DNA of 64,000 bases from an uncultured Armatimonadia bacterium (lineage in GTDB: Bacteria > Armatimonadota > Zipacnadia > Zipacnadales > UBA11051): contig CAYMIN010000009.1 in NCBI GenBank assembly GCA_964390495.1, positions 6,155-70,154 of the forward strand, written 5' to 3'. The notes under the pieces were generated by a model. It worked only from the letters and a program-made list of their open reading frames with translations. It did not search any database and was not told the DNA's origin. Position 1 is the first letter of the stretch. Every line of letters starts with the position of its first letter. A program made the translations under genes and the position numbers. Shown here in pieces: positions 55,483-64,000 of the stretch.

Positions 55483-56763
55483 ATGCCTGAGCCGATAGAG
55501 CTGATGCACATCTTCCGTTCTGCAGCGCCCTTCATCTGCAACCAGGCGCTGGCGCTGATCTCGCGCTTGCCCCGCCAACGCTTCCATACCACGGTTGCGG
55601 GCGAACTGGATCGGCGTACCAAACGGCGGCTGGCGATGAGCCGGGCGCGGTGGGTGCAGATGCCCCTGCCTACCGACCTCCAGCCGCTGCTGCAGATCGG
55701 TACCGCCCGGCGCCTGGCCCGCCTGTTTGCCGGTCAAGGTACCGCCCTGGTGCATGCTCACGGCTTCCAGGCGGGGTTTACTGCGCTGCTTGCCAGGCGT
55801 CATCTGGCCGATGGGCCGGCGATCATTTGCAGTCCGTACGGTCCGCCGGGACTGGCTGACCGCTCGGGCCTCGCCCGGCAATCGGTGGTGACGGCGGCGC
55901 GCTGGGTGATGCGCCAGGCCGATGTGGTCGCGGTGCAGTCTGAGCACGAGGCCGCACAACTCGCCAGTCTGCTCCCCGGCAAGCAAGCTAATCTACGGGT
56001 GGTGCCCGAGGGTGTTGTACTGGAGAGCCTGCGGGAGGACTTCGAGCCGGGCACTAAGCGCCGGCTGGTGGGCTTGGACCCGATGGCTGCAATCGTCGGG
56101 GTAATGTCGCCGCCGGACGGAAGCGGCATCTCGGAGTTCCTCGAGGCCGCACGCCTAGTGATGGATAGCAGGCCGAACGTGGAGTTCGTGTCAATCGGCC
56201 AGGGCGCCAAGACCGAGCAGTTTGTCGAGGCTGCGCACCAGTTGGGCCTGAGCGGATGCACCGTGTTTCTGGGCGACCGGGCCGATATTGTGGAGATAAT
56301 CGCCTCCCTGAATGCCCTGGTGATCCCGGCCGACTACTCCGGCTGCCGGCGCTATGCGGTTCACGCTCTGGCCAGCAACATCCCGCTGATCGTCGCCGCC
56401 GATGGCGGGCTGCCCGACCTGGTGAGTGAAATCAAGCAGGCGCGCATTGTTGCTCCGGGCGATGTGGTCGCCATCGAGAAGGCGATTGCTGGGTTTCTCG
56501 ACACCGTACCCCCCGGCGACACCGATGCGCTAGCGGATGACGAACTCGGCTTCAGCCAGCGCGAACTGCTAGTATCGGGGATGGTCATAGACTTTGATAC
56601 CGTCGGTCTCGATCCGGTCCCAGGGCGCGAACTGAGCGAAGAACAGCAGGCCATACAGCAGACCATCGAGCGGTTCAGCATGCAGCAGGTGGCGCGTCAT
56701 CTCGCCGATCTCTACCTGCAAGTGGCCAGCATCAGCACGGCCGACGAGAAAAGCATTGATTGA
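55483..56763 (+). CDS. GT4-family (group 1) glycosyltransferase
   Basis: GT-B fold with an E-x7-E-like C-terminal region. Family call on overall similarity. Confidence 0.65.
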   Translation: MPEPIELMHIFRSAAPFICNQALALISRLPRQRFHTTVAGELDRRTKRRLAMSRARWVQMPLPTDLQPLLQIGTARRLARLFAGQGTALVHAHGFQAGFTALLARRHLADGPAIICSPYGPPGLADRSGLARQSVVTAARWVMRQADVVAVQSEHEAAQLASLLPGKQANLRVVPEGVVLESLREDFEPGTKRRLVGLDPMAAIVGVMSPPDGSGISEFLEAARLVMDSRPNVEFVSIGQGAKTEQFVEAAHQLGLSGCTVFLGDRADIVEIIASLNALVIPADYSGCRRYAVHALASNIPLIVAADGGLPDLVSEIKQARIVAPGDVVAIEKAIAGFLDTVPPGDTDALADDELGFSQRELLVSGMVIDFDTVGLDPVPGRELSEEQQAIQQTIERFSMQQVARHLADLYLQVASISTADEKSID

Positions 56764-58268
56764 GCATGGCATACTTCTTGGGCATAGATGTCGGGACGAC
56801 GCTAGTCAAGGCCCTGGTCGCCGATGAGGCGGGCCGGGTGGTTGAGGAGGCCGGCGTCGAGTACGGCTACAGCCAGCCGCACCCGGGCTGGGCCGAGCAG
56901 AATGCCGAGGACTGGTGGGGCTGCCTGAAACAGGTTACGCGGGCCGTTGCCGGCCGACTTGCGGAGCCACCGGTGGCCCTGGCGCTCTCGACCCACGGCG
57001 ACACGATGGTGCCGGTGGATGCCGATAATCACCCGCTGCTGCCGGCGCGACTGTGGCTCGACAACCGGACCGCCGCGCAAGTGGCCCGCCTGGTGGACCA
57101 AGTACCCCAGCAGCAGTGGCTGGAGGTAACGGGCAGTCGCTTGGCGGCCTATGCGGCCGCCGCCAGCCTGGCCTGGTGGGCCGACGAGCGCCCTGCGATA
57201 TTCGCCCGAGCCGCCCGCTTCTGCCTGGTGCAGGATTACCTGACGGCGCGGCTGACCGGACGCCACCTGGCGGATGCGCCCAATGCCTCCCGCACGTTGA
57301 TTTTCGATCTGCACACCCGTGACTGGTGTGAGGCGCTGCTGGCCGCGGTCGGCGTCGAGCGCGAGCGGCTGCCGGTCGCCGCCGAGTCAGGTACGCCGGT
57401 AGGTAATTTGACGCGGGAGGCCGCCGGGGAACTGGGCCTGCCGCCGGAGACGTTGGTTGTGCTCGGGGCCCACGATCAGACCGCGGCCGCGATCGGCTGC
57501 GGGGCCGTCAAGCCGGGCACGGTGATGCTCTCCACCGGCACCGCCTGGGTGGTGCTGGGCGCCGCCGATGAACTGCATATTGACCCGGGCGGACGGCTGC
57601 AGACTTACTGCCATGCCATGCCTGGAGGCATTGCTATTCTGGGGGCCTATGCCGGCGGTTCGCTGCTGCGCTGGGCCCGGGATAACTTCTCCCAGCTTGC
57701 CGATGCCGACGCGGCCGACTATGACACCATCGTAGCTGAAGCACAGGCAGCCGAACAGGCAGGACGCGGCCCGCTGGTGTTCTTGCCGCATTTCTACGGC
57801 TCCGGACCGCCGCTGCGGCGCACTTATGCCCTGGGGGCGCTGACCGGACTGCAACTGCAGCACACCCGCGCAGACATATACCTGGCGCTGCTCAGAGGGG
57901 TCGCTACCCAGACAGCCGCGGCCCTGGCGACGATGGCGGAGATGGGCTACGATATCGGGGAGGTGCGGATGATCGGTGGTGGCGCCCAGAGCGACTTCTG
58001 GGCCCAGCTTGTGGCCGATGCCCACGGCGCGCCGCTGGAGTTGCCCGTGGTATCGGAGGCGGCGGCCTACGGTGCGGCGATGCTAGCCGCCATCGGTTCC
58101 GGCCACCTCGCATCGGCAGAGCAGGTGGCCGAGAGGGTCGCCATCCGCAAACAGATTGTCCCACGCCCGCAAGCCTCAGCCGTCGCGCCCGAATGGCACA
58201 CCCGGTATCTTGAGGCACTTGATGGAACCTGGCAAGCGCTTGCGGGCTATCGCGCCGAATACCGCTAG
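56760..58268 (+). CDS. FGGY-family carbohydrate kinase (xylulokinase-like)
   Basis: LGIDVGTT...KAL N-terminus and an FGGY C-terminal block (MIGGGAQSDFWAQLVADAHGAP). 4-bp overlap with the GT4 gene. Confidence 0.8.
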   Translation: MSMAYFLGIDVGTTLVKALVADEAGRVVEEAGVEYGYSQPHPGWAEQNAEDWWGCLKQVTRAVAGRLAEPPVALALSTHGDTMVPVDADNHPLLPARLWLDNRTAAQVARLVDQVPQQQWLEVTGSRLAAYAAAASLAWWADERPAIFARAARFCLVQDYLTARLTGRHLADAPNASRTLIFDLHTRDWCEALLAAVGVERERLPVAAESGTPVGNLTREAAGELGLPPETLVVLGAHDQTAAAIGCGAVKPGTVMLSTGTAWVVLGAADELHIDPGGRLQTYCHAMPGGIAILGAYAGGSLLRWARDNFSQLADADAADYDTIVAEAQAAEQAGRGPLVFLPHFYGSGPPLRRTYALGALTGLQLQHTRADIYLALLRGVATQTAAALATMAEMGYDIGEVRMIGGGAQSDFWAQLVADAHGAPLELPVVSEAAAYGAAMLAAIGSGHLASAEQVAERVAIRKQIVPRPQASAVAPEWHTRYLEALDGTWQALAGYRAEYR

Positions 58269-58478
58269 TACACTGAATCGGCAGACGCCAATGGCCCCTG
58301 TCCCGGCCTTAGCGAAGGCCCCATCCCGATGGGCCAAGCAGCCAGCGACTTTTCGTCACTTCTGTCCGAGGCAGGACTGGGATCATTAGGCGCCTCGCTG
58401 AGATTACGTGTCCGGATAATGTCTTCTCCATCCGGTCAGGCCGCCTCGAGTTCGACACTATGTAAGGCTTGGAATCGT

Positions 58479-61154
58479 ATGCTAAATGATGCAGAACTGA
58501 CACCGATGTACCGACAATGGGCCCGGGCCAAGCGGGACTATCCCGATGTCCTGATGCTTTTCCGCATGGGCGATTTCTACGAGATGTTCGGTGAGGATGC
58601 CGAGATCGGCGCGCGTGTGCTGGAATTGACGCTCACCAGCCGCGGTATGGGCAACAAGGGCCGGATCCCGATGTGCGGCGTACCCCACCACGCAATCGGC
58701 CGCTACCTGAAGACACTCGTGGAGAAGGGCTACCGGGCGGCGATCTGCGAACAGGTCGAGGACCCCAAGCAAACCAAGGGCCTGGTACGGCGGCAGGTCA
58801 CGCGCGTGGTCACGCCGGGGACGCTGCTGGAGGATGAACTGATCGGGGACAGCGGCTACAATTTCCTGACCTCGATTGCCAAAATCGGCCCGGCCTATGG
58901 GGTGGCGACAGTTGACGCCTCCACCGGCGAGTTTGTAGTGACTCAGATTGATGCAGCCAGCGACAGCCAGCCGGCTGTGGCGGCTACGCTGCCGGAGATG
59001 AGGACCCCGGGCCTGGAGCCGACGCTGGCCGCGATGCTGGATGAGCTAGTGCGGCTGCAGCCGGCTGAAGTGGTCCTCAGCGCCGACCTGAGCGAGGACG
59101 AACCGACTCACGCCGCTATCAGTGAGGCTTTGCCTGTGCCGATCAATCCGGCGCCGCCCGACAGCGGCTTCACATCTCCCGCCCAGCAGTTGCAGGAGCA
59201 CTTCGGCGTCGCGACGCTGCACGGCTTCGGGTGCCAGGACCAGCCGGCGGCAGTGGCAGCGGCGGCTCAGGCCCTCCGCTACCTGCAGAGCGTGCAACTG
59301 GAGGCGATGCCCCGTCTCACCGGCCTGACGACCTATTCCACCAGCGATTTCATGGTGATAGACGCCGCGACACGGCGCAACCTGGAGCTGGTGCGCTCGT
59401 TGCGAGATGGTAGCAAGCGCGGCACGCTGCTGGAGCTGCTGGACCAGACGGAGACGCCGATGGGAGCTCGGGCGCTACGCTCCGCCCTGCTGCAGCCGCT
59501 TCTGAGCCTGGAACAGATCAATCTGCGCCTGGATGCGGTGGAGAATCTCAGCTCCGGGACGATTCTGGCCGACCAGCTGCGCCAGCGACTGGATGAGATT
59601 TACGATCTGGAGCGCCTCGCCAGCCGCGCCTCTGCCGGCACGGCCAACGCCAAGGACCTGCGTGCCCTCTGCAGCTCGCTGCAGCAGCTTCCCGAGATCC
59701 GCCGGGAGCTCGACAGCGCCACCGCGCACCTGCTCAAGACCATCCAGAGCCGCATTGACCCGCTGGAGGAGCTCACCGAGCTGCTGGAACGCGCCATCGT
59801 CGAGGACCCGCCGGTGCAGATCACCGAAGGCGGCATCATCCGCCCAGGCTACAACGCCGAGCTGGATGAGTTGCGCGACGGTGCCGCCGCCGGTCGCGAT
59901 TGGATCGCCCAACTGCAGGACGGCGAACGCGCCCGCACCGGCATCAAGTCACTGAAGGTCGGCTTCAACAAGGTTTTCGGCTACTATATCGAGGTCAGCA
60001 AGCCTAACCTCGACCTGGTGCCGGAGGACTACGAGCGCAAGCAGACGCTGGTCAACGCCGAGCGCTTCATCACCCCGCAGCTCAAGGAGCAGGAGGCGCG
60101 GATCCTCGGCGCCGATGAGCGCAGTCAGGAACTGGAGTACCAGCTTTTCGGGGAAGTGCGACAGCAGGTCGCCGCAGTCAGCGACCGGATTATGTCCAGC
60201 GCCCGGGCGATAGCCGAACTGGACATGCTCATCTCCCTGGCGGCCGCCGCGGTGCAGTACAACTATACTAAACCGCAGGTCAACACCTCCGCCGAATTGC
60301 GCATCGTTGACGGCCGCCACCCGGTGGTGGAACAGGCCCTGCTCAGCGAGCTGTTTGTGCCTAATGACGCGCACCTCGACTGCGAGAAGGACCAGCTCCT
60401 GATAGTGACAGGGCCGAACATGGCCGGCAAATCCACCTACCTGCGTCAGGTGGCGCTGATCGCCTTGATGGCGCAGATGGGCAGCTTCGTGCCGGCGAGG
60501 TCGGCCACGGTCGGGCTGTTGGACCGCATATTTACGCGCGTCGGGGCCAGCGATGACCTGGCCAGCGGGCGTTCGACATTCATGGTGGAGATGACCGAGG
60601 CGGCCAATATTCTCCAGAATGCCACCGACAGAAGTCTGGTTGTACTCGATGAGATCGGGCGCGGCACCTCGACCTATGATGGCATGTCCCTGGCATGGGC
60701 GGTGGCGGAATATCTGGTCAAGAGCATCGGGGCCAAAACGCTGTTTGCTACCCATTACCATCAGCTCAACGAGCTTGCCGAGCTACTTGAGCCGGTCAAG
60801 AATCTGCGGGTTACGGTCAAGGAAGAGGGAGATGAGATAATCTTTCTACGTAAGATCGTCCCCGGTGGCACGGACCGTTCCTACGGCATTCAGGTGGCGC
60901 GGCTGGCAGGACTCCCGGATGCGGTAGTCGAGCGGGCCAAGGCAGTGCTGCATACGCTCGAGCAGCAGGACCTGGCGGCCGGTCCCAGCGCCGAAGCGGT
61001 CAGTAAGGTGGCCGATACGGTGCAGTTGCGGCTGTTCGAGGGGGTGCGCGATCCGGTGGTGGAAGAACTCAAGCAGTTGGACCTGGACACGATGTCGCCG
61101 CTGGAGGCGCTGACGAAGCTCAAGCAGTTGCAGGACGAGGCCGGTCAGGACTGA
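58479..61154 (+). CDS. mutS: DNA mismatch repair protein MutS
   Basis: TPMYRQW...LFRMGDFYEMF mismatch-binding domain. Walker A GPNMAGKST. DEIGRGTSTYDG. Start placed at the MLNDAELTPM Met inside the longer track ORF. Confidence 0.9.
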   Translation: MLNDAELTPMYRQWARAKRDYPDVLMLFRMGDFYEMFGEDAEIGARVLELTLTSRGMGNKGRIPMCGVPHHAIGRYLKTLVEKGYRAAICEQVEDPKQTKGLVRRQVTRVVTPGTLLEDELIGDSGYNFLTSIAKIGPAYGVATVDASTGEFVVTQIDAASDSQPAVAATLPEMRTPGLEPTLAAMLDELVRLQPAEVVLSADLSEDEPTHAAISEALPVPINPAPPDSGFTSPAQQLQEHFGVATLHGFGCQDQPAAVAAAAQALRYLQSVQLEAMPRLTGLTTYSTSDFMVIDAATRRNLELVRSLRDGSKRGTLLELLDQTETPMGARALRSALLQPLLSLEQINLRLDAVENLSSGTILADQLRQRLDEIYDLERLASRASAGTANAKDLRALCSSLQQLPEIRRELDSATAHLLKTIQSRIDPLEELTELLERAIVEDPPVQITEGGIIRPGYNAELDELRDGAAAGRDWIAQLQDGERARTGIKSLKVGFNKVFGYYIEVSKPNLDLVPEDYERKQTLVNAERFITPQLKEQEARILGADERSQELEYQLFGEVRQQVAAVSDRIMSSARAIAELDMLISLAAAAVQYNYTKPQVNTSAELRIVDGRHPVVEQALLSELFVPNDAHLDCEKDQLLIVTGPNMAGKSTYLRQVALIALMAQMGSFVPARSATVGLLDRIFTRVGASDDLASGRSTFMVEMTEAANILQNATDRSLVVLDEIGRGTSTYDGMSLAWAVAEYLVKSIGAKTLFATHYHQLNELAELLEPVKNLRVTVKEEGDEIIFLRKIVPGGTDRSYGIQVARLAGLPDAVVERAKAVLHTLEQQDLAAGPSAEAVSKVADTVQLRLFEGVRDPVVEELKQLDLDTMSPLEALTKLKQLQDEAGQD

Positions 61155-61178
61155 GCTTGCCATCGCGAGCCGCGCTGT

Positions 61179-62213
61179 TTACAACAATCCTCGGCGCGGA
61201 GCGAACTCCCCGGCGGCTCCCTCCATGATGTCCAACTGATCCAGGACCTTGCCGGTGCCCATTGCCACCGAGGAAATCGGGTCTTCGGGTACGTGTACCG
61301 GAATGCCGGTCTCTAGATACAGCAGGCGGTCCAGCCCATTGAGCAGCGCCAGGCCGCCGGTGAGAGTGATGCCGCGCTGAATGATGTCGGCGGCCAGTTC
61401 GGGCGGAGTACGTTCTAGCTGGCTCTTAACGGCCTCGATGATCTGGCTGATGTTCTCAGCCATTGCCTCCCGGACCTCATGGGAGCTTACCGCTACGGTT
61501 TTGGGCAGGCCGGAGACGATGTCCAGGCCGCGCACCTCCATCTCCTGTTCCTCTTCCGGCTCGAACGCCGAGCCGATCTCCTGCTTGATGGTCTCGGCCG
61601 TGCGCTCGCCGATGTCGAGGTTATAGACATGGCGGATATGGCGGGTGATGGCCTCGTCCAGCATCGTGCCTCCGACCCGCAGCGAGTCGCTGATCACTAT
61701 ACCGCCCAGGGAGATGACGGCGATATCGGTGGTGCCGCCGCCGATGTCCACGACCATATTACCACCGGGGCTGGCGATCGGCAGGCCGACACCGATAGCT
61801 GCAGCCATCGGCTCTTCGATGGGGATGACCTTGCGGGCTCCGGCGGCCCGGGTAGCCTCGAGGGCGGCTCGCTCCTCGACGGCGGTAGCACCTGAGGGGA
61901 TACAGATTACCACTAGGGGCTTGAAGAATCGCGCACGACTGCCGCAGGCCTTGCGGATCAGGTAGCGCAGCATCTCGCGGGTGACCGAGTAGTCGGCTAT
62001 GACTCCGTCGCGCAGGGGCCTGAGGGCGACGATATTGCCGGGCGTGCGGCCGAGCATCTCCTGGGCCTGATGGCCGACGGCGAGCACGCGTTTGGTCTGC
62101 TCGCTGATAGCTACCACAGAAGGCTCGCGGACCACAATACCCCGCCCGCGAGCGAATACAATGATAGTAGCGGTGCCGAGATCAATTCCGATACGTTCAC
62201 CGATGCCAAGCAT
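61179..62213 (-). CDS. mreB: rod-shape-determining actin homolog MreB
   Basis: IGIDLGTA, DIGGGTTD, typical MreB length. Confidence 0.9.
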   Translation of the reverse strand: MLGIGERIGIDLGTATIIVFARGRGIVVREPSVVAISEQTKRVLAVGHQAQEMLGRTPGNIVALRPLRDGVIADYSVTREMLRYLIRKACGSRARFFKPLVVICIPSGATAVEERAALEATRAAGARKVIPIEEPMAAAIGVGLPIASPGGNMVVDIGGGTTDIAVISLGGIVISDSLRVGGTMLDEAITRHIRHVYNLDIGERTAETIKQEIGSAFEPEEEQEMEVRGLDIVSGLPKTVAVSSHEVREAMAENISQIIEAVKSQLERTPPELAADIIQRGITLTGGLALLNGLDRLLYLETGIPVHVPEDPISSVAMGTGKVLDQLDIMEGAAGEFAPRRGLL

Positions 62214-63495
62214 TCCGCGCCTTGTCGTCCTCTACAGATGGCGTGCTGGTTATGGTGGCGCCGAGCTGCTGCAGTTTGCCTTCGAGGTTCTCGTAGCCGC
62301 GCGCCAGGAACTCAGCGCCGCTAATCTCGGTATAGCCGTCGGCAGCCAGGCCGGCCACCACCAGGGCCGATCCGGCGCGGATGTCGGTGGCTTCGACCGG
62401 CGCCCCGTACAACTTCGGCACACCTCTGATGATTGCCACACTGTCCTTCAACTGCATGTCAGCACCCATCCGCTTCAGTTCATCTATGTAGTTGAAGCGG
62501 GCCTCGAAGATCGTCTCCTGGATCACCGTCGTGCCAACGGCGAGAGCCCCGAGAACGCCGGCATTAGGCTGCAGATCGGTCGGAAAGCCGGGGTAAGGAG
62601 CCGTGGTGACCTCAAAGGCGTGCGGGCGCTTGTCCGCGATTGCGTGTACGTAATCGGGCCCGCTTTCAACTTTTAGGCCGGCCCTTTGCAGCAGATTGAG
62701 CACCACCCCCATGTGGCGCGGCTCGACGGCTCGCACCGTAACATCGCCGCGGGCGACACCACACGCTATCAAGAAAGTGCCGGCCTCCATGCGGTCGGGG
62801 ACTGAGCGGAAGCGGCAGCCGTGGAGCTTCTCGACGCCCTTGATGACCACGATGTCGGTGCCGACCCCACGGATATCGGCGCCGGCTTGCTGGAGGAACT
62901 GCTGGCAGCAGATCACTTCCGGCTCGCGGGAGGCATTCTCAATCACGGTCACGCCATCCGCCAGCACGGCCGCCAGCATGACGTTGACGGTAGCGCCGAC
63001 ACTGCGGTAGCGGCTGTCCATATACATGCGACTACCTGTGAGCTTGTCGGCGCGGGCGCGCATGATACCGTGGCGTTCCTCTACCACGGCACCGAGCGCC
63101 CGGAAGCCACTAAGATGGTAGTCAACGGGTCGCGAGCCGATGACACACCCGCCCGGCAGCGGCACCTCCGCCTCGCCGAGGCGTCCCAACAGTGCCCCGG
63201 CCACATAAAAAGAGCCCCGCATCTTTCGCACCAGATCATACGGGGCACTTACCGAGGTTATGTGGCTTGCATCAATGCTGAGTACCGAGCGCTCAATAAA
63301 CTCGCACTTGGCTCCCAGGGCACGCAACATGTCAATCATTGCGTTGATATCGTCAATGCGGGGGACGTTTTCGATGATGCTCTGATCGGCGATCAGCAGG
63401 GCAGCAGCCAGCAGCGGCAGGGTGCCATTCTTCGAGCCGCTGACTGTGATCTCGCCACCGAGGGGATTGCCGCCGTGGATCTTGATGGTTGCCAC
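62197..63495 (-). CDS. murA: UDP-N-acetylglucosamine 1-carboxyvinyltransferase
   Basis: KI.GG..L.G...VSGSKN and the active-site Cys region (LPGGCVIGSRPVD). Confidence 0.9.
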   Translation of the reverse strand: MATIKIHGGNPLGGEITVSGSKNGTLPLLAAALLIADQSIIENVPRIDDINAMIDMLRALGAKCEFIERSVLSIDASHITSVSAPYDLVRKMRGSFYVAGALLGRLGEAEVPLPGGCVIGSRPVDYHLSGFRALGAVVEERHGIMRARADKLTGSRMYMDSRYRSVGATVNVMLAAVLADGVTVIENASREPEVICCQQFLQQAGADIRGVGTDIVVIKGVEKLHGCRFRSVPDRMEAGTFLIACGVARGDVTVRAVEPRHMGVVLNLLQRAGLKVESGPDYVHAIADKRPHAFEVTTAPYPGFPTDLQPNAGVLGALAVGTTVIQETIFEARFNYIDELKRMGADMQLKDSVAIIRGVPKLYGAPVEATDIRAGSALVVAGLAADGYTEISGAEFLARGYENLEGKLQQLGATITSTPSVEDDKARNAWHR

Positions 63496-63577
63496 GATAA
63501 CTCCCTCCCAGTATCCCTCATTAGCTGCGTCTAGGCTGCAAACGGTTGCTGCGATGCCGGCGGGCCGGCCGTTGCCC

Positions 63578-63997
63578 TCAGCCTAGCATACCAGCTTTTC
63601 CCGCGGCGTGCAAGCGGTTCAGCGCTCTGGCCAAAGCCAGTCTGGCGCGGTCGGCATCAATCAACTCGCGTTCCACACCCCGGTAGGCGGTCTCCAGACG
63701 CTGCTTCGCCCGCTGCATCGCCTGCTGCGCTCGCTCGATATCAATCTCACTGGCCATTTCTGCAGCATCGGCCAGCAGCATCACCCGATTGTCGAAAACC
63801 TCCATCACCCCGCCGGCCACGGCAGCGTACTCATCGCCGGCGGGGGTATGCAGAGTGACTACGCCGGTGGTCAGATTGGTCAGAAGCGGGGCGTGTCCAC
63901 GCCTGACTCCCAGGTAGCCCAGGCCGCCGGGCGCAACCACGCCCTCAACAGGCCCCTCATATTCTACACCAGATTGGGTCACAATCTCAACTACCAA
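63578..63997 (-). CDS. atpC: F-type ATP synthase epsilon subunit (start at or just beyond the window edge)
   Basis: N-terminal beta-sandwich then C-terminal helical hairpin, typical of AtpC. TTG start 3 nt from the window end, so the true start may lie outside. Confidence 0.7.
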   Translation of the reverse strand: MVVEIVTQSGVEYEGPVEGVVAPGGLGYLGVRRGHAPLLTNLTTGVVTLHTPAGDEYAAVAGGVMEVFDNRVMLLADAAEMASEIDIERAQQAMQRAKQRLETAYRGVERELIDADRARLALARALNRLHAAGKAGMLG

Positions 63998-64000
63998 TTC

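Noticed and set aside
1-64000. tRNA/rRNA genes, CRISPR arrays, transposases, integrases or prophage genes
   Set aside because: The non-coding gaps are short. None shows tRNA acceptor/T-arm signatures, regularly spaced direct repeats, or IS terminal inverted repeats. No ORF resembles a recombinase.

Overview
High-GC (~65%) bacterial chromosomal segment that is densely coding, with AGGAGG-type ribosome-binding sites and frequent GTG/TTG starts. A prepilin/H-X9-DG (DUF1559) protein hints at a PVC/Armatimonadota-like lineage; this is a weak inference.

Positions 1-15776 form a single co-directional, mostly translationally coupled gene run. It contains an MttB-superfamily methyltransferase 3' fragment, a split transketolase, and 2-oxoacid dehydrogenase E1 alpha/beta. 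It continues with a class-III aminotransferase, a URO-D/MtaA-like methyltransferase, a Gfo/Idh/MocA oxidoreductase and a MoaD-like beta-grasp protein lacking the GG terminus. Then come an M48 peptidase, a stand-alone lipoyl+E3-binding-domain protein (an E2 without its catalytic core) and FabG. A promoter-driven DUF47-PitA pair follows, then FabF, a degenerate KS-like partner, and a second E1 alpha whose start overlaps the KS-like stop. I regard this as the most likely uncharacterised biosynthetic or catabolic system in the window.

The rest of the window holds a 1277-aa secreted PKD/Fn3/CarboxypepD_reg protein beside a BlaI/BlaR1-like pair, with an ACTACTA dyad operator candidate upstream of blaI. 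There is a nadD-LCP-rsfS-TPR operon, a csp gene with a terminator, a ClC channel, and an ArnC/ArnB-like GT2+DegT pair. A CBS-permease-NikR trio, NfeD-stomatin, and a minus-strand block follow. That block comprises a TIM-barrel protein, an HddA-like GHMP kinase, a 669-aa polytopic membrane protein and a Thr-type sulfatase-like enzyme. Further genes are a 3-methyladenine glycosylase, TspO, three tandem aldo/keto reductase paralogs, and a housekeeping minus-strand run (ftsE-ftsX-M23-ctpA-LysM/G5-GGPPS-ispH-pta-like). Then come an M48 lipoprotein, GT4, an FGGY kinase, mutS, mreB, murA and atpC.

A dispersed intergenic repeat family with a conserved TTCCAGCCCGA core and covarying hairpins occurs at least five times. 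No tRNA, rRNA, CRISPR or obvious mobile element was seen.
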